Shown: piece after piece, positions 27,401 to 35,643 of the stretch
Layout: the number at the start of each line of letters is the position of its first letter
Numbering within the stretch: the stretch's first letter is position 1
Source of the DNA: a virus
Virus record (IMG/VR): IMGVR_UViG_3300042890_006166
Span: 1-64,000 of that record
Direction: 5' to 3' (one strand)
Length of the DNA: 64,000 nt
Program-made: the position numbers and the translations under genes
The notes under the pieces: model-generated
Seen by the model: the letters and a program-made list of their open reading frames with translations, nothing else
Database searches by the model: none
Told to the model about the DNA's origin: nothing

Positions 27401-28036
27401 TATTTCACACCATATATAACCATCAGAGAAAATAATAGAAACACAAATGTTCCACCAGCTGCTTATGTCTCCAACAATTTTGTAAGAAAATTCGCAAATG
27501 GAGAACCTTACAACATTATCGCAGGTCAAAAAAGAGGTACGATCTCTGGAGGTAACATTGTAGGAGTAGAATATGACTTTACAGATGAAGATCGTGGATG
27601 GTTGGAACCTTTCGGATTGAATCCGATCATAAAGAAAAGAGGTTTCGGAGTCGTTATTTTCGGTAATCAAACAGCGTATCAAACTGTTAGTTCTGCCTTT
27701 GGTTTACTCCACGTCAGAGATTTGTTAATTAGTCTTGAGAACGACGTTGAAGAAATTCTATCCAACTATCTGTTCGATTTCAACGAGGATTCAATCCGTC
27801 TTGAAATTAAAACTTTGGTTGATACCTATTTGGACGGGGTTCGAGCCGGGGGTGGTATTTATGCTTACCAGGTAATCATGGATGCATCTAATAATCCTCC
27901 TTCTGTTATCGACATGAACATGGGTATTATTGATGTGATTATTGAGCCAGCTCGAGGAATCCAGAAATTCATCAACAGAATCACAGTAACTCGAACCGGT
28001 GGAATTGCATCCGGTGGTTTCATCAACTTTGTATAA
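24473..28036 (+). CDS. g18: Contractile tail sheath protein (gp18-like) with large insertions
   Basis: SGVYTLE...LVVGFSNKGPFNAP N-terminus; PPAAYV...IAGQKRG...LNPI...VIFGNQT...LHVRDLL...FDFNE...EPARGIQ C-terminus. Confidence 0.92.
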   Translation: MAKKIKLDLSQFKASGVYTLEFNASENIILTSQTIRLVVGFSNKGPFNAPVYIPDVTTAIAIFGDIDKNLESQGCFFQRSILTCLSTGPVFALNLLRLNNDETSSTADKVDYFGFSVATDEPNGVLTSRLYSSFYNKERFWFADVDYFLATMSVVDQGRIFNLVNLGQQSMSVIVRKSTDATPPLQGYDIFAIDWYGANNVPSYVHPYDYISDWFIDVIAVSGDWTNYQALSEDPEWSAFFTPNGFIKSQINNFLSQQNVNIITQVTGCLIVDFVDLNGNNQFIQTLVNNNTPSTGLFCAVDAEGLEYLCQNRFKVDLVGNFLIDELTGDRDLQDPTLNFLSYDQQLIQDYLYTQNSIGITGGGVTGGTAGVAYIPLNVGTLFNLGGPTGPTAGVPASSLEPYDPSLTFGGLHYLRTNSGVTGGAVVNVYITNGGTGYTSAPTISFSGVGTGAAAIAIISGNEVSSITLTASGSGYTSAPTVTFSGGGGTGAAASADILTEPSLTSAEKLRLKDFVTPTPSYTPFILGTVTIPAGATGNVINQFTTGDLVKLKITGVREIAGNLTITFTHPLDTPVYASQGIQVSPTSFTMGTTSGIVSEFYQQFGASDYLDIVNVASITGGTASNALTGQISTRLYQNILYSEIGGPTGSQADQIEDGDTVWLDAAGTNILYLDTQTTVDRDQFNVSYVRSFNNIARQSPDNLVNYPNFGTVYASDNIGFTVGSSQTDIVSSVASINQFLDVLTKIDTTSFTFVPDQINNKIISVGDYLVSTDLELCETVGANRQSRLTKVTAVAQTTTSGVVRVVCARPILFYSGSPVQVQKFKSIPQFTRSFDFIYLSGYTMRDAQRPNGTDARVDEILNVLYDTNLAATLATKDVISFRYIVDTFSGTIQPNSKYQLSKLAMMRQKALAFINAPSMAQFRASTDPRFTNAPTAVDPFPPLEAQYIAEGGNLSLNPSYTFSLPTQDLGASFAGYFTPYITIRENNRNTNVPPAAYVSNNFVRKFANGEPYNIIAGQKRGTISGGNIVGVEYDFTDEDRGWLEPFGLNPIIKKRGFGVVIFGNQTAYQTVSSAFGLLHVRDLLISLENDVEEILSNYLFDFNEDSIRLEIKTLVDTYLDGVRAGGGIYAYQVIMDASNNPPSVIDMNMGIIDVIIEPARGIQKFINRITVTRTGGIASGGFINFV

Positions 28037-28088
28037 CATATTGTGTGAATTTCAAAAGATGAGATAAATAAAAAAAGAAAAACAATTA

Positions 28089-28643
28089 ATGGCCGGTTTA
28101 CCACACTACCAAAATTCATTGTATTCGATCAACAAATACGAGCCAGTTTATCTCAACCAATTTGAGGTAACTGTGATTCCCCCAGCAGCTGTTCTGGGTG
28201 GTCAAATTTTGTTACAACAGGTCGTAAACGTCAACGGCATGGACGTTGATAAAAATCCATCTTTTGTGTTTCAGAAATACAAGTTTTCCAAAAGAAACTA
28301 TGCGGGTGGTAAGCCAGATAAAACAAGTTTGGATTTGAGCGTGAAATTTACTGTGAATTTAAATGACGACAATTCTATGTACACGTTTAAAACTCTTAGA
28401 CAATGGACTGATTTAATTTACAATCCATTGACTGGAGCTATGGGAATTAAAACGGATTATACTGGCACGATCATTATTTCTATTTTCAATAAAAACGGAG
28501 ACGTTTTCAGGAGAATTACGTGTCGCGACTGTTTTCCTATGAAAGCTATTGACCCGATGGAGTTAGATTATATCAACGGAACTACCCTGTATGAAATCAC
28601 CATGACATGGGCGGTTGATTATTGGGATGATCTTTTCACCTAA
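28089..28643 (+). CDS. g19: Tail tube protein 1 (gp19-like)
   Basis: Follows sheath; EPVYLNQFEV, LRQWTDLIYNPLTG, DYTGTI, FP..I.P.ELDY, W..DYW. Confidence 0.85.
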   Translation: MAGLPHYQNSLYSINKYEPVYLNQFEVTVIPPAAVLGGQILLQQVVNVNGMDVDKNPSFVFQKYKFSKRNYAGGKPDKTSLDLSVKFTVNLNDDNSMYTFKTLRQWTDLIYNPLTGAMGIKTDYTGTIIISIFNKNGDVFRRITCRDCFPMKAIDPMELDYINGTTLYEITMTWAVDYWDDLFT

Positions 28644-28659
28644 AAATTAAAAAAACTAG

Positions 28660-29241
28660 ATGGCAGGTTTACCTCATTTTAATAATTCTCTAGCAGCTCG
28701 AAATAATTTCGAGCCTGTTTTCCTTAATCAATTCGAAGTTCTGGTTACCCCTCCTGCAGGAGTGACTCTGGGTAATGTCAGGTTCAATGGAGAATCTATT
28801 ATGACACAACAGGTCAAAAGCGTAACTGGATCTCTGGCAGTTGACATCCAACCTGCAGCTCCAGTAACTCAGTATTATAAATTTGCAGAAAGAAGATATG
28901 CAGGCGGCGAACCTTCCACTTCAGACGTTCAATTTTCAATTGCTTTCGAGGTGAATTTGAACGAAAACAATTCCATGACCATATTTAAAATTATGAGACA
29001 ATGGTCAGATTTGATTTACAATCCTTTAACCGGTGCCATGGGATTAAAGAGAGACTATACTGGTCAAATTGTTGTTTCAATTTTCAACAAACAAGGAGAT
29101 GTATTCAGAAGATTAACTTTGAACAATTGTTTTTTGGTTGAACCACTAACAACTATGGCATTGAGTTATGATTCAGGGGATGCCCTTTACATACTTGATA
29201 CCACGTGGAAATCTGATTACTGGCAGGATCAATTCCTATAA
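28660..29241 (+). CDS. g19: Tail tube protein 2 (gp19-like paralogue)
   Basis: MAGLPH start and EPVFLNQFEV, RQWSDLIYNPLTGAMG.K.DYTG shared with tube 1. Confidence 0.85.
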   Translation: MAGLPHFNNSLAARNNFEPVFLNQFEVLVTPPAGVTLGNVRFNGESIMTQQVKSVTGSLAVDIQPAAPVTQYYKFAERRYAGGEPSTSDVQFSIAFEVNLNENNSMTIFKIMRQWSDLIYNPLTGAMGLKRDYTGQIVVSIFNKQGDVFRRLTLNNCFLVEPLTTMALSYDSGDALYILDTTWKSDYWQDQFL

Positions 29242-29307
29242 TTTTTACTTTTTTTTCTGTCATACATATATAAGGAACACATTTATATGTGACCTAATTT
29301 AATTTAT

Positions 29308-30402
29308 ATGGACCCAAAAAATTTATCACCCGAAAAAATTTTACAAGAAAAAGAAAAACTTGGTGGGATTTCTTTTGATGATGACATATCCGTACTAAAC
29401 CCAATAAATCCTTTAGAGGTGAGGGCTGAGAAAGAAGCCAATGCTTTATTCCAACAGGCACAAGAAAAAACACCGGTTTTATCAGAGACAAGACTGGCTC
29501 AACAAATTAAATCCGAGCCTGCCCCTACAACAAGCTTTGAAAATTCTCAACCAAAAGATTTTGGCCCCTCTGACTTGGGGTGGAAAAATTTACCGCCTTC
29601 ACTTCTTCCTTCCGGTGGCTTGTTTTACCCTGATGGTGTTCAAATTGCTATACGACCCGCAGAGGTAAAAGAAATTAGACACTTTTCCACCATCGACGAA
29701 ACAGATATGTTGGACATAGATGCCAAATTAAATTTGATTTTAGAAAGATGTTGTGTGATAAAGTTTCCACAGCATGGAGTTGTATCCTACAAAGAAATCA
29801 AACAGGAGGATCGGTTTTTTATTATCATGACCATAAGGGATTTGACATTCGTCAGAGGTGAAAATATGATTATTCTCAAACCTAAAACTACATGCCAAAC
29901 TGGGGATTGTCCATTCCAAAATGGTATTGAGTTAAGAACTGGGGTTTTGTCCAAATACGTCATTGATGAGAAATTAATGTCCTACTATTCTAAATCCGAG
30001 CGAAAATTCGTTTTAAATATCACAAAGTTATCTCGAACTGTAAAATTGACGGTTCCATCTATTGGAGTAATCGATGCAATTTCTACTTATGTTCGAAATA
30101 GAATTAGGCAAGGAAAGGATGTTGATGAAAGTTTTATTAAAATAGCTCCGCATCTATACGAAGATTGGAGGAGTTTGAATGAAAATAAATTGGCTGAGCT
30201 TGAAGAAACGTCAAACAACTGGTCCAAGGAGGAATTTTCTATTTTATTTCAGGTAACAGACTTGTTGAAGATAGGAACAAAATTGGAGGTTAATTTACCT
30301 TGTTCTAAATGCGGTGCTCAGGAGGTCACCGCACCAATTTCCTTTCCCGACGGGATCAGATCTCTTTTCCTTATTTCAGATATCTTTGGAGAACTACTTT
30401 GA
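29308..30402 (+). CDS. Baseplate hub / tail assembly chaperone-like protein (gp26-like)
   Basis: LPSGGLFY...IRPAEVKE, DRFFIIMTIRDLT, CQTGDC and CSKCG motifs, position after tail tubes. Confidence 0.6.
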   Translation: MDPKNLSPEKILQEKEKLGGISFDDDISVLNPINPLEVRAEKEANALFQQAQEKTPVLSETRLAQQIKSEPAPTTSFENSQPKDFGPSDLGWKNLPPSLLPSGGLFYPDGVQIAIRPAEVKEIRHFSTIDETDMLDIDAKLNLILERCCVIKFPQHGVVSYKEIKQEDRFFIIMTIRDLTFVRGENMIILKPKTTCQTGDCPFQNGIELRTGVLSKYVIDEKLMSYYSKSERKFVLNITKLSRTVKLTVPSIGVIDAISTYVRNRIRQGKDVDESFIKIAPHLYEDWRSLNENKLAELEETSNNWSKEEFSILFQVTDLLKIGTKLEVNLPCSKCGAQEVTAPISFPDGIRSLFLISDIFGELL

Positions 30403-30574
30403 TTTGAAATTCCGTCTTTGGAACGAACACAAATTAGATCCTGAGTGGATAGAAAAAATTCCATATTACGAGTACCAAATTTGGCTAGATAAGCTCAACA
30501 AGGTGGTAGAAAAACAAAATAAAGAAAATCAGGAAGAGTCAGGCCAATCAGAAGTCTTTAATTTCTCGAAATAA
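30386..30574 (+). CDS. gp51-like baseplate hub assembly protein, overlapping the previous gene in the +1 frame
   Basis: LENYFDLKFRLWNEHKLDPEWIEKIPYYEYQIWLDKL resembles the gp51 pattern; no ATG, only GTG 30314 and TTG 30386/30404. Confidence 0.55.
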   Translation: MENYFDLKFRLWNEHKLDPEWIEKIPYYEYQIWLDKLNKVVEKQNKENQEESGQSEVFNFSK

Positions 30575-30606
30575 TTTCTGGCCAATTAAATTAGAATATA
30601 TAAAGG

Positions 30607-32085
30607 ATGTCTCAAGAATCTCAAGTACTTAAAGAACTTTCCATGTTGTCTACCAACATGGATTTACTTGTACGAGAGCTCAGAGAGCAAAACAAGAAAA
30701 CTGCCGAAAATACAGAGCAACTTAAAAAGATAACAGGAGAGAAAGATAAAAAACCAACTCCAGCAGACACACCTCAAGAAACACAGTCAGTTCAAAATGA
30801 GAAATTTTTCAAAAATCTAACCCAATCTTTTGCCAAAGAGATATTAGAAAACACTAAAGGTCTAACCCAAAATCTTACAAAACAAATTACTGGAGACCTT
30901 AGCGGAATCGCTAAAAATTCGTTCAAAACGAAAGAAACTAAAGAAAATACCACGGAAAAACCAGCTGGCCAAACTTTAGAGTCAATTGCAAAGTCTATAT
31001 TCTCAAAAATTCCAAAATTTGCAGAGGGCGGAGATGTGAAAAAAGAAGGGGTAGCGCTCGTCGGTGAAAAAGGACCGGAACTAGTTCAACTTAAGAAAAA
31101 TCAAAAAGTCATTTCCAATGATGAAGGAATATTTCAAATGGAATTGGAAGGCATGAAAAAGAGCAAGGAACGTCAGGCAGCATTGGAAACCCGATCACTA
31201 AACCAAACCTCCGGAGCTTCTGAAATAGTTACAGGAACGCCAAAACTTGCAGAATCTGTAAAGAATTCATTTGGTGTCGAAGTCCCAAAATCCGCGATTG
31301 AGAAAAAAAGAAAAAGTCTTTTAGATGGAGACCCGGATTACTATGCGAAATACCCGGAAGATCTTCAGGAGGATCTCGATAATTTTATAAAAAATTATCG
31401 GAAAGAAATAACAAAAGAAGAAGTTGCAAAAAGGATTGCTTCTACTGAGGCACTCCAGGATAAAGTACAGCTTTTGTCCAAAACAGATCCGATTGAAGAA
31501 CCCTCTAAGAAAGGGAAAAGAAAAAAAGAGGGAGAAAGCAAAAACGAAAAGGAAAAAAAAGAATCCTCTGTTATTTCTCCAACCAAGCCTAAACTTTTAG
31601 AATCTCTGAAGTCTAAAGGTAAAGACATTGGTTCTAAACTGAAGGAAGGAATAAGCTCAAAAGTGGATAATTTCAAACAGGGTGTCAAACAAACTTTAAG
31701 CGGAAAAGTATCACCAGATGAAATTCAAACAATGGGATCTTTATCGAATGAAATGCAAAAATTGGCTTCTGACATGAAAGCTTCACAGGTTAAAAAAGAA
31801 ACACCTGTTCTAAATAAGCCTGGGTTTAAAAAAACAACATCTACATCCGACGAACCTATATCACAAATGCAAAGCCAATCAATTCCGGCTAAGGGGGAAA
31901 TTGAATATAAATCGGCTGAAAAAAAACCAATGGAAAATTCTAAGGAATCCAAAAAAGACGAAACAATAAGTTCTAAAGACATTAAAGAAATCAAAGGACT
32001 TCTTGCAGGAATTTATAAATCTTTATCTGGACCACTTCGAATTGCCAATGATATGCCATTTAGGCCCGGTTCAAATGTTATTTAA
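30607..32085 (+). CDS. Lys/Glu-rich tape-measure-like or baseplate hub protein
   Basis: FAEGGDVKKEGVALVGEKGPELV (from 31018) is a common tape-measure motif; canonical position after tubes and chaperones. Confidence 0.5.
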   Translation: MSQESQVLKELSMLSTNMDLLVRELREQNKKTAENTEQLKKITGEKDKKPTPADTPQETQSVQNEKFFKNLTQSFAKEILENTKGLTQNLTKQITGDLSGIAKNSFKTKETKENTTEKPAGQTLESIAKSIFSKIPKFAEGGDVKKEGVALVGEKGPELVQLKKNQKVISNDEGIFQMELEGMKKSKERQAALETRSLNQTSGASEIVTGTPKLAESVKNSFGVEVPKSAIEKKRKSLLDGDPDYYAKYPEDLQEDLDNFIKNYRKEITKEEVAKRIASTEALQDKVQLLSKTDPIEEPSKKGKRKKEGESKNEKEKKESSVISPTKPKLLESLKSKGKDIGSKLKEGISSKVDNFKQGVKQTLSGKVSPDEIQTMGSLSNEMQKLASDMKASQVKKETPVLNKPGFKKTTSTSDEPISQMQSQSIPAKGEIEYKSAEKKPMENSKESKKDETISSKDIKEIKGLLAGIYKSLSGPLRIANDMPFRPGSNVI

Positions 32086-32156
32086 AAAAAATTCCTTTTT
32101 AATTTTTTTCCAACATCATTAAAGGGTATATTTGAACTCTTCAAACCAGTTTCCTT

Positions 32157-32735
32157 ATGAGCACACAGAAATTTAAATTCAAAGAAGTACCTACATCCGA
32201 TTTCTTCAAAGATTTGACTATATATGAAGAATTTTCATGGGTGGCAAATCCTAAATCAGAAAATGTTTTTGTTTTCAGTGAAATTGAAAATTTAAAAGAC
32301 GAAACCTTTTATAAGCCAAAAGATATTAAAACTGACCCAGTCTATTTGTCTATGGCTGAAATCTGGGCACAAAATTCATATTGCAGAAGAATGAAGGTAG
32401 GAAGCCTGATTGTCAAAGATAAATCCATAATAGCCGATGGATATAATGGTTCACCTACTGGATTTCCTAATGAATGTGAAGATGAGGATTTTGTCACTTT
32501 AAACTATGTTCTACATGCCGAAGCAAATGCAATCACCAAACTTGCCAAGAGTACACAAAGTTCCGAGGGATCAACTATGTATGTAACAGTTTCTCCTTGT
32601 TTTGAATGTTCTAAGTTGATTATTCAGTCAGGGATTAAAAGAATAGTTTTTGGCAAGGTCTATAGAAAACCAGAGCCTCTGTCTTTCTTATTAGAGGCAG
32701 GTATTGAAATTATAAAATTGGGAAAAAAAATCTAG
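32157..32735 (+). CDS. cd: dCMP deaminase with about 60-aa N-terminal extension
   Basis: C.R.KVG.LIVKD, GYNG, HAEANAI, SPCFECSKLIIQSGIKRIVF zinc motifs. Confidence 0.92.
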   Translation: MSTQKFKFKEVPTSDFFKDLTIYEEFSWVANPKSENVFVFSEIENLKDETFYKPKDIKTDPVYLSMAEIWAQNSYCRRMKVGSLIVKDKSIIADGYNGSPTGFPNECEDEDFVTLNYVLHAEANAITKLAKSTQSSEGSTMYVTVSPCFECSKLIIQSGIKRIVFGKVYRKPEPLSFLLEAGIEIIKLGKKI

Positions 32736-32746
32736 AGAATTAAAAA

Positions 32747-33364
32747 ATGGCAAAGGAGAAAAACATTCAAGTATTAGCAGAAAATTTTATACATGGTAAA
32801 GATGACACGTCTTTTAAATTTTTATTTGAAAGGCTTAAACCCGGAGTCTTAAACCACTGTTTCACTATCCTCAACGACATGGAATTAGCAGAGGATGCTT
32901 TTTTAAATTCCATGGCCAAGGTCTGGCAAAAAATAGACCAATATGATTCAGAAAAAGGAAATTTTTCCACCTGGTGCTACAACATAGCTAAAAATGAATC
33001 TTTGCTTTTACAAAAAAGTAGGAAAAGACTTATAACAAAAACCACAGAAGAAATCGAATTAGATTCAACTAAAATGGATTCAGACTCTGTGGTTTATTCG
33101 GTGGAAGAAGATCCCATTTGGAGTTTTTTAGCAGGTGGATCAGATATTGATGAAGTTTATGAGCAGGTTGTAGATGAAATTAGGGACCTTCCTGAACTTT
33201 ATCGAGACATCATGATTGACCGAGAGATCTATGGTATGAAGTACAAAGACATAGCCGACAAGTATGGAATTAAGAAGAGATCTATTGCTACGAGAATCAG
33301 AAGGGCCAGAACAAAAATTCGAAAGAAAATTGAGACCTTGACAAAAAAAAATTCTAAGAAATGA
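32747..33364 (+). CDS. ECF-type sigma-70 factor
   Basis: Region 2 LAEDAF...VWQKIDQY....FSTWCYNIAKN; region 4 LPELYR...GMKYKDIA..YGIKKRSIATRIRRAR. Confidence 0.88.
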   Translation: MAKEKNIQVLAENFIHGKDDTSFKFLFERLKPGVLNHCFTILNDMELAEDAFLNSMAKVWQKIDQYDSEKGNFSTWCYNIAKNESLLLQKSRKRLITKTTEEIELDSTKMDSDSVVYSVEEDPIWSFLAGGSDIDEVYEQVVDEIRDLPELYRDIMIDREIYGMKYKDIADKYGIKKRSIATRIRRARTKIRKKIETLTKKNSKK

Positions 33365-33843
33365 TTGACTTTCTAGGCAGAATAATAGTTACCCTTAGAT
33401 TATGGGGTGTCCTAAAGGACTTGAAATTATATTCAGACTACCTTACAGTTATAAAAAAAGAATCACTAAGTTCTCCTCAATGGAGCAAATTAAGATTAAG
33501 AAAAGATTGGTTCGGTAGAATTTATACCGTCGTGAATCTTCCTCCTGAAGTTACACAATCTAGGGATTTTCCTGATGATGCAAGACCAGCTTTTGTCTTT
33601 GAAGAAATCAGGCCCATCAACGAATATCTAACCCGTTTGAATTTGCACGAATTGATCGCACCTTTTCTCAAACCACTAAAAGAAACTAGGGGTGATTCAT
33701 TTTTAGTTGTTTATTATTTTGTCTATCGGGAATTAAGTTGGATTTGGTTGCTCAGATTCTGTTTAGAAATGGTAGCTCTTAGTTATGTTGTTAGGTATTG
33801 GGAACAGATTATGCAATTCATAAATTCGTTTATATCGTGGTAA
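33361..33843 (+). CDS. Hypothetical protein with C-terminal hydrophobic segment
   Basis: 160-aa ORF, ATGA-coupled to the sigma gene. Confidence 0.7.
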   Translation: MIDFLGRIIVTLRLWGVLKDLKLYSDYLTVIKKESLSSPQWSKLRLRKDWFGRIYTVVNLPPEVTQSRDFPDDARPAFVFEEIRPINEYLTRLNLHELIAPFLKPLKETRGDSFLVVYYFVYRELSWIWLLRFCLEMVALSYVVRYWEQIMQFINSFISW

Positions 33844-34637
33844 ATTGGGATGAAGTAATAGCTGATTACCAAAAAAAATTGGATTTTTTTAAAGATCCAT
33901 ATTTTATTTTCGAAGAAAATAGTCATTCTTATTCTTACCAGGGGATAACATACGATTCGGTTACAACCTTCCTTCGGAAATTTAAAATTCCTTTTGATCG
34001 AAATTATTGGATCAAAAGAAAAGCTGCAGAGGCGGGAGTAGACCCTTCTGTGATAGAAAACGATTGGACCCAGAAAGCTGTTACCGCTGCTTCATTAGGG
34101 ACACGTGTTCATAAATGGATAGAGGACTTTTGGTCTGGAGAAAATCCAGAGATGCCAGAGAAAGAGGAAGACATCCAAAGGGTAAATTCTTTCTTGAATT
34201 TATACGAATCCCGTTTGAAAAAATTAAAGCCACTAAAATCAGAGTTAAAGATTTTTTCTAAAAAATGGAAATTAGCTGGAACTATTGACCAACCATTTTT
34301 GATGTGGGACGAAAAACAAAGTAAAATCCTTTTTCTTGTTGGTGACTGGAAAACCAATAAAGATTTTAAAGACGACGGCCATCCTAAAGGCAGATATAAG
34401 AAATTACTTCATCCTTTTGCCGATCTCTATGAAAACTCGCACAACGAATATTCAATTCAAATCAGTTTATATCGTTTGATTTTAGAGGAAGAACTGGGAA
34501 TAGATACACATGGTGGTTTTTTGGTTCACCTAGGACCAGAAGGAACATCCAAAATTTACCCAGTAAAAGACCTAAGAGAAAGACTAAAAATTTATCTACA
34601 ACAAAATCGCGAAGATTTTGATGTTTTTAAAGTCTAA
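33837..34637 (+). CDS. PD-(D/E)XK (RecB/Cas4-like) exonuclease
   Basis: SVTT, GTRVH, SELKI, AGTID, DWKTN, EYSIQISLY; start placed at GTG 33837 overlapping the upstream stop. Confidence 0.85.
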   Translation: MVNWDEVIADYQKKLDFFKDPYFIFEENSHSYSYQGITYDSVTTFLRKFKIPFDRNYWIKRKAAEAGVDPSVIENDWTQKAVTAASLGTRVHKWIEDFWSGENPEMPEKEEDIQRVNSFLNLYESRLKKLKPLKSELKIFSKKWKLAGTIDQPFLMWDEKQSKILFLVGDWKTNKDFKDDGHPKGRYKKLLHPFADLYENSHNEYSIQISLYRLILEEELGIDTHGGFLVHLGPEGTSKIYPVKDLRERLKIYLQQNREDFDVFKV

Positions 34638-34642
34638 ATTTT

Positions 34643-34668
34643 TGAAACAAAAATTTTATTCTCTGTAA
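34643..34668 (+). promoter_or_regulatory. Putative ECF-type promoter TGAAAC-N16-GTAA
   Basis: Similar GAAAC-N16/17-(G/A)TAAA at 47702 and 52255; resembles SigW/SigM-type consensus. Confidence 0.4.
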
Positions 34669-34684
34669 AAATATTAAAAAAATC

Positions 34685-35209
34685 ATGGCAAAAACAACAA
34701 CGGGAAAAAAAACCTCTTCTAAATCACCTCTTATTATCGAAGAAGTAAAAGGGGATGAAATAGATCAAATTGTAGATCATCTGGATCAAGACAGAATCCA
34801 AGCGTGTGAAAAAAGACTACAAGAAGCTAAAGAAAGCTTGGGTCAAAAAGTATATGCAGTCAAATTCGAAAAGAAAGAAGACGTTGAAAACTTCTTCAAT
34901 TTCGTAGAAAACGAAGCTGAATGGAGAGAAAAAGAAGCTTTGGGAGTTATTGAAATCTGTAGAATTATTGATACAATCAAAAAAGATGGTATCAAACAAA
35001 ATACCATTTTTATGCAGGCTCTTCCCCTGGAAGCTAGTCATTATTTTCTTTCTAAGACATCAGGTAAAGGATTGAAGGAAGCTAAAAAATTTATTTCTAT
35101 CTTGAAGCCTTTTGGCTTAGCATTAGAAATGGCAAAACAAGACTCGGCTAAAATTGGGGAGCTAGAAAAAGAATTGGCAGCAGCCCAACAAGGTTTGGAG
35201 CTTGCCTAA
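34685..35209 (+). CDS. Hypothetical protein
   Basis: 174-aa ATG ORF with A-rich leader, followed by a terminator. Confidence 0.75.
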   Translation: MAKTTTGKKTSSKSPLIIEEVKGDEIDQIVDHLDQDRIQACEKRLQEAKESLGQKVYAVKFEKKEDVENFFNFVENEAEWREKEALGVIEICRIIDTIKKDGIKQNTIFMQALPLEASHYFLSKTSGKGLKEAKKFISILKPFGLALEMAKQDSAKIGELEKELAAAQQGLELA

Positions 35210-35231
35210 CATTTTCTAAGTTAAACACACT

Positions 35232-35264
35232 AAAAGATTTTGGGAAACCAAAATCTTTTTTTTT
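35232..35264 (+). terminator. Rho-independent terminator
   Basis: AAAAGATTTTGG-GAAA-CCAAAATCTTTT 12-bp stem, GNRA loop, T-tract. Confidence 0.85.
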
Positions 35265-35337
35265 GTCATAATTTTTAGAAATTTGTCTTTATCACATCTC
35301 CGTTTCGAAATCGTACGAAGAACAAATTATGGTTGGA

Positions 35338-35345
35338 GATATATA
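35338..35345 (+). promoter_or_regulatory. GATATATA putative late promoter
   Basis: Exact motif before ATG 35365. Confidence 0.65.
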
Positions 35346-35364
35346 CTAAAATAAACTTAATCTC

Positions 35365-35643
35365 ATGTTACAAAAAATCAAAACAAATTTCGAAGTTATT
35401 CTTCTGTGTTTATTTCTAGGACTTTTTATGAAACAGTGTGGAATGGGCAGAGATCTAGAAAGAATAAAAAAGGAAAATTCCAAAATTTCGGTGAAGATGG
35501 ATTCTCTTGTCACTAAAAAAGACCTGATTATAGAGGGTTTAAAAGCAGAAAAAAGAATGATCCAATCGACAGATAGAAAAATGATTGATGTCACACGACA
35601 GTCTGTTCTTGATCAAGAAATTGAAAATTTAGAATCCAAATGA
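35365..35643 (+). CDS. Small protein with N-terminal TM/lipoprotein-like segment and coiled coil
   Basis: VILLCLFLGLFMKQC then heptad-rich charged region; after GATATATA. Confidence 0.65.
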   Translation: MLQKIKTNFEVILLCLFLGLFMKQCGMGRDLERIKKENSKISVKMDSLVTKKDLIIEGLKAEKRMIQSTDRKMIDVTRQSVLDQEIENLESK

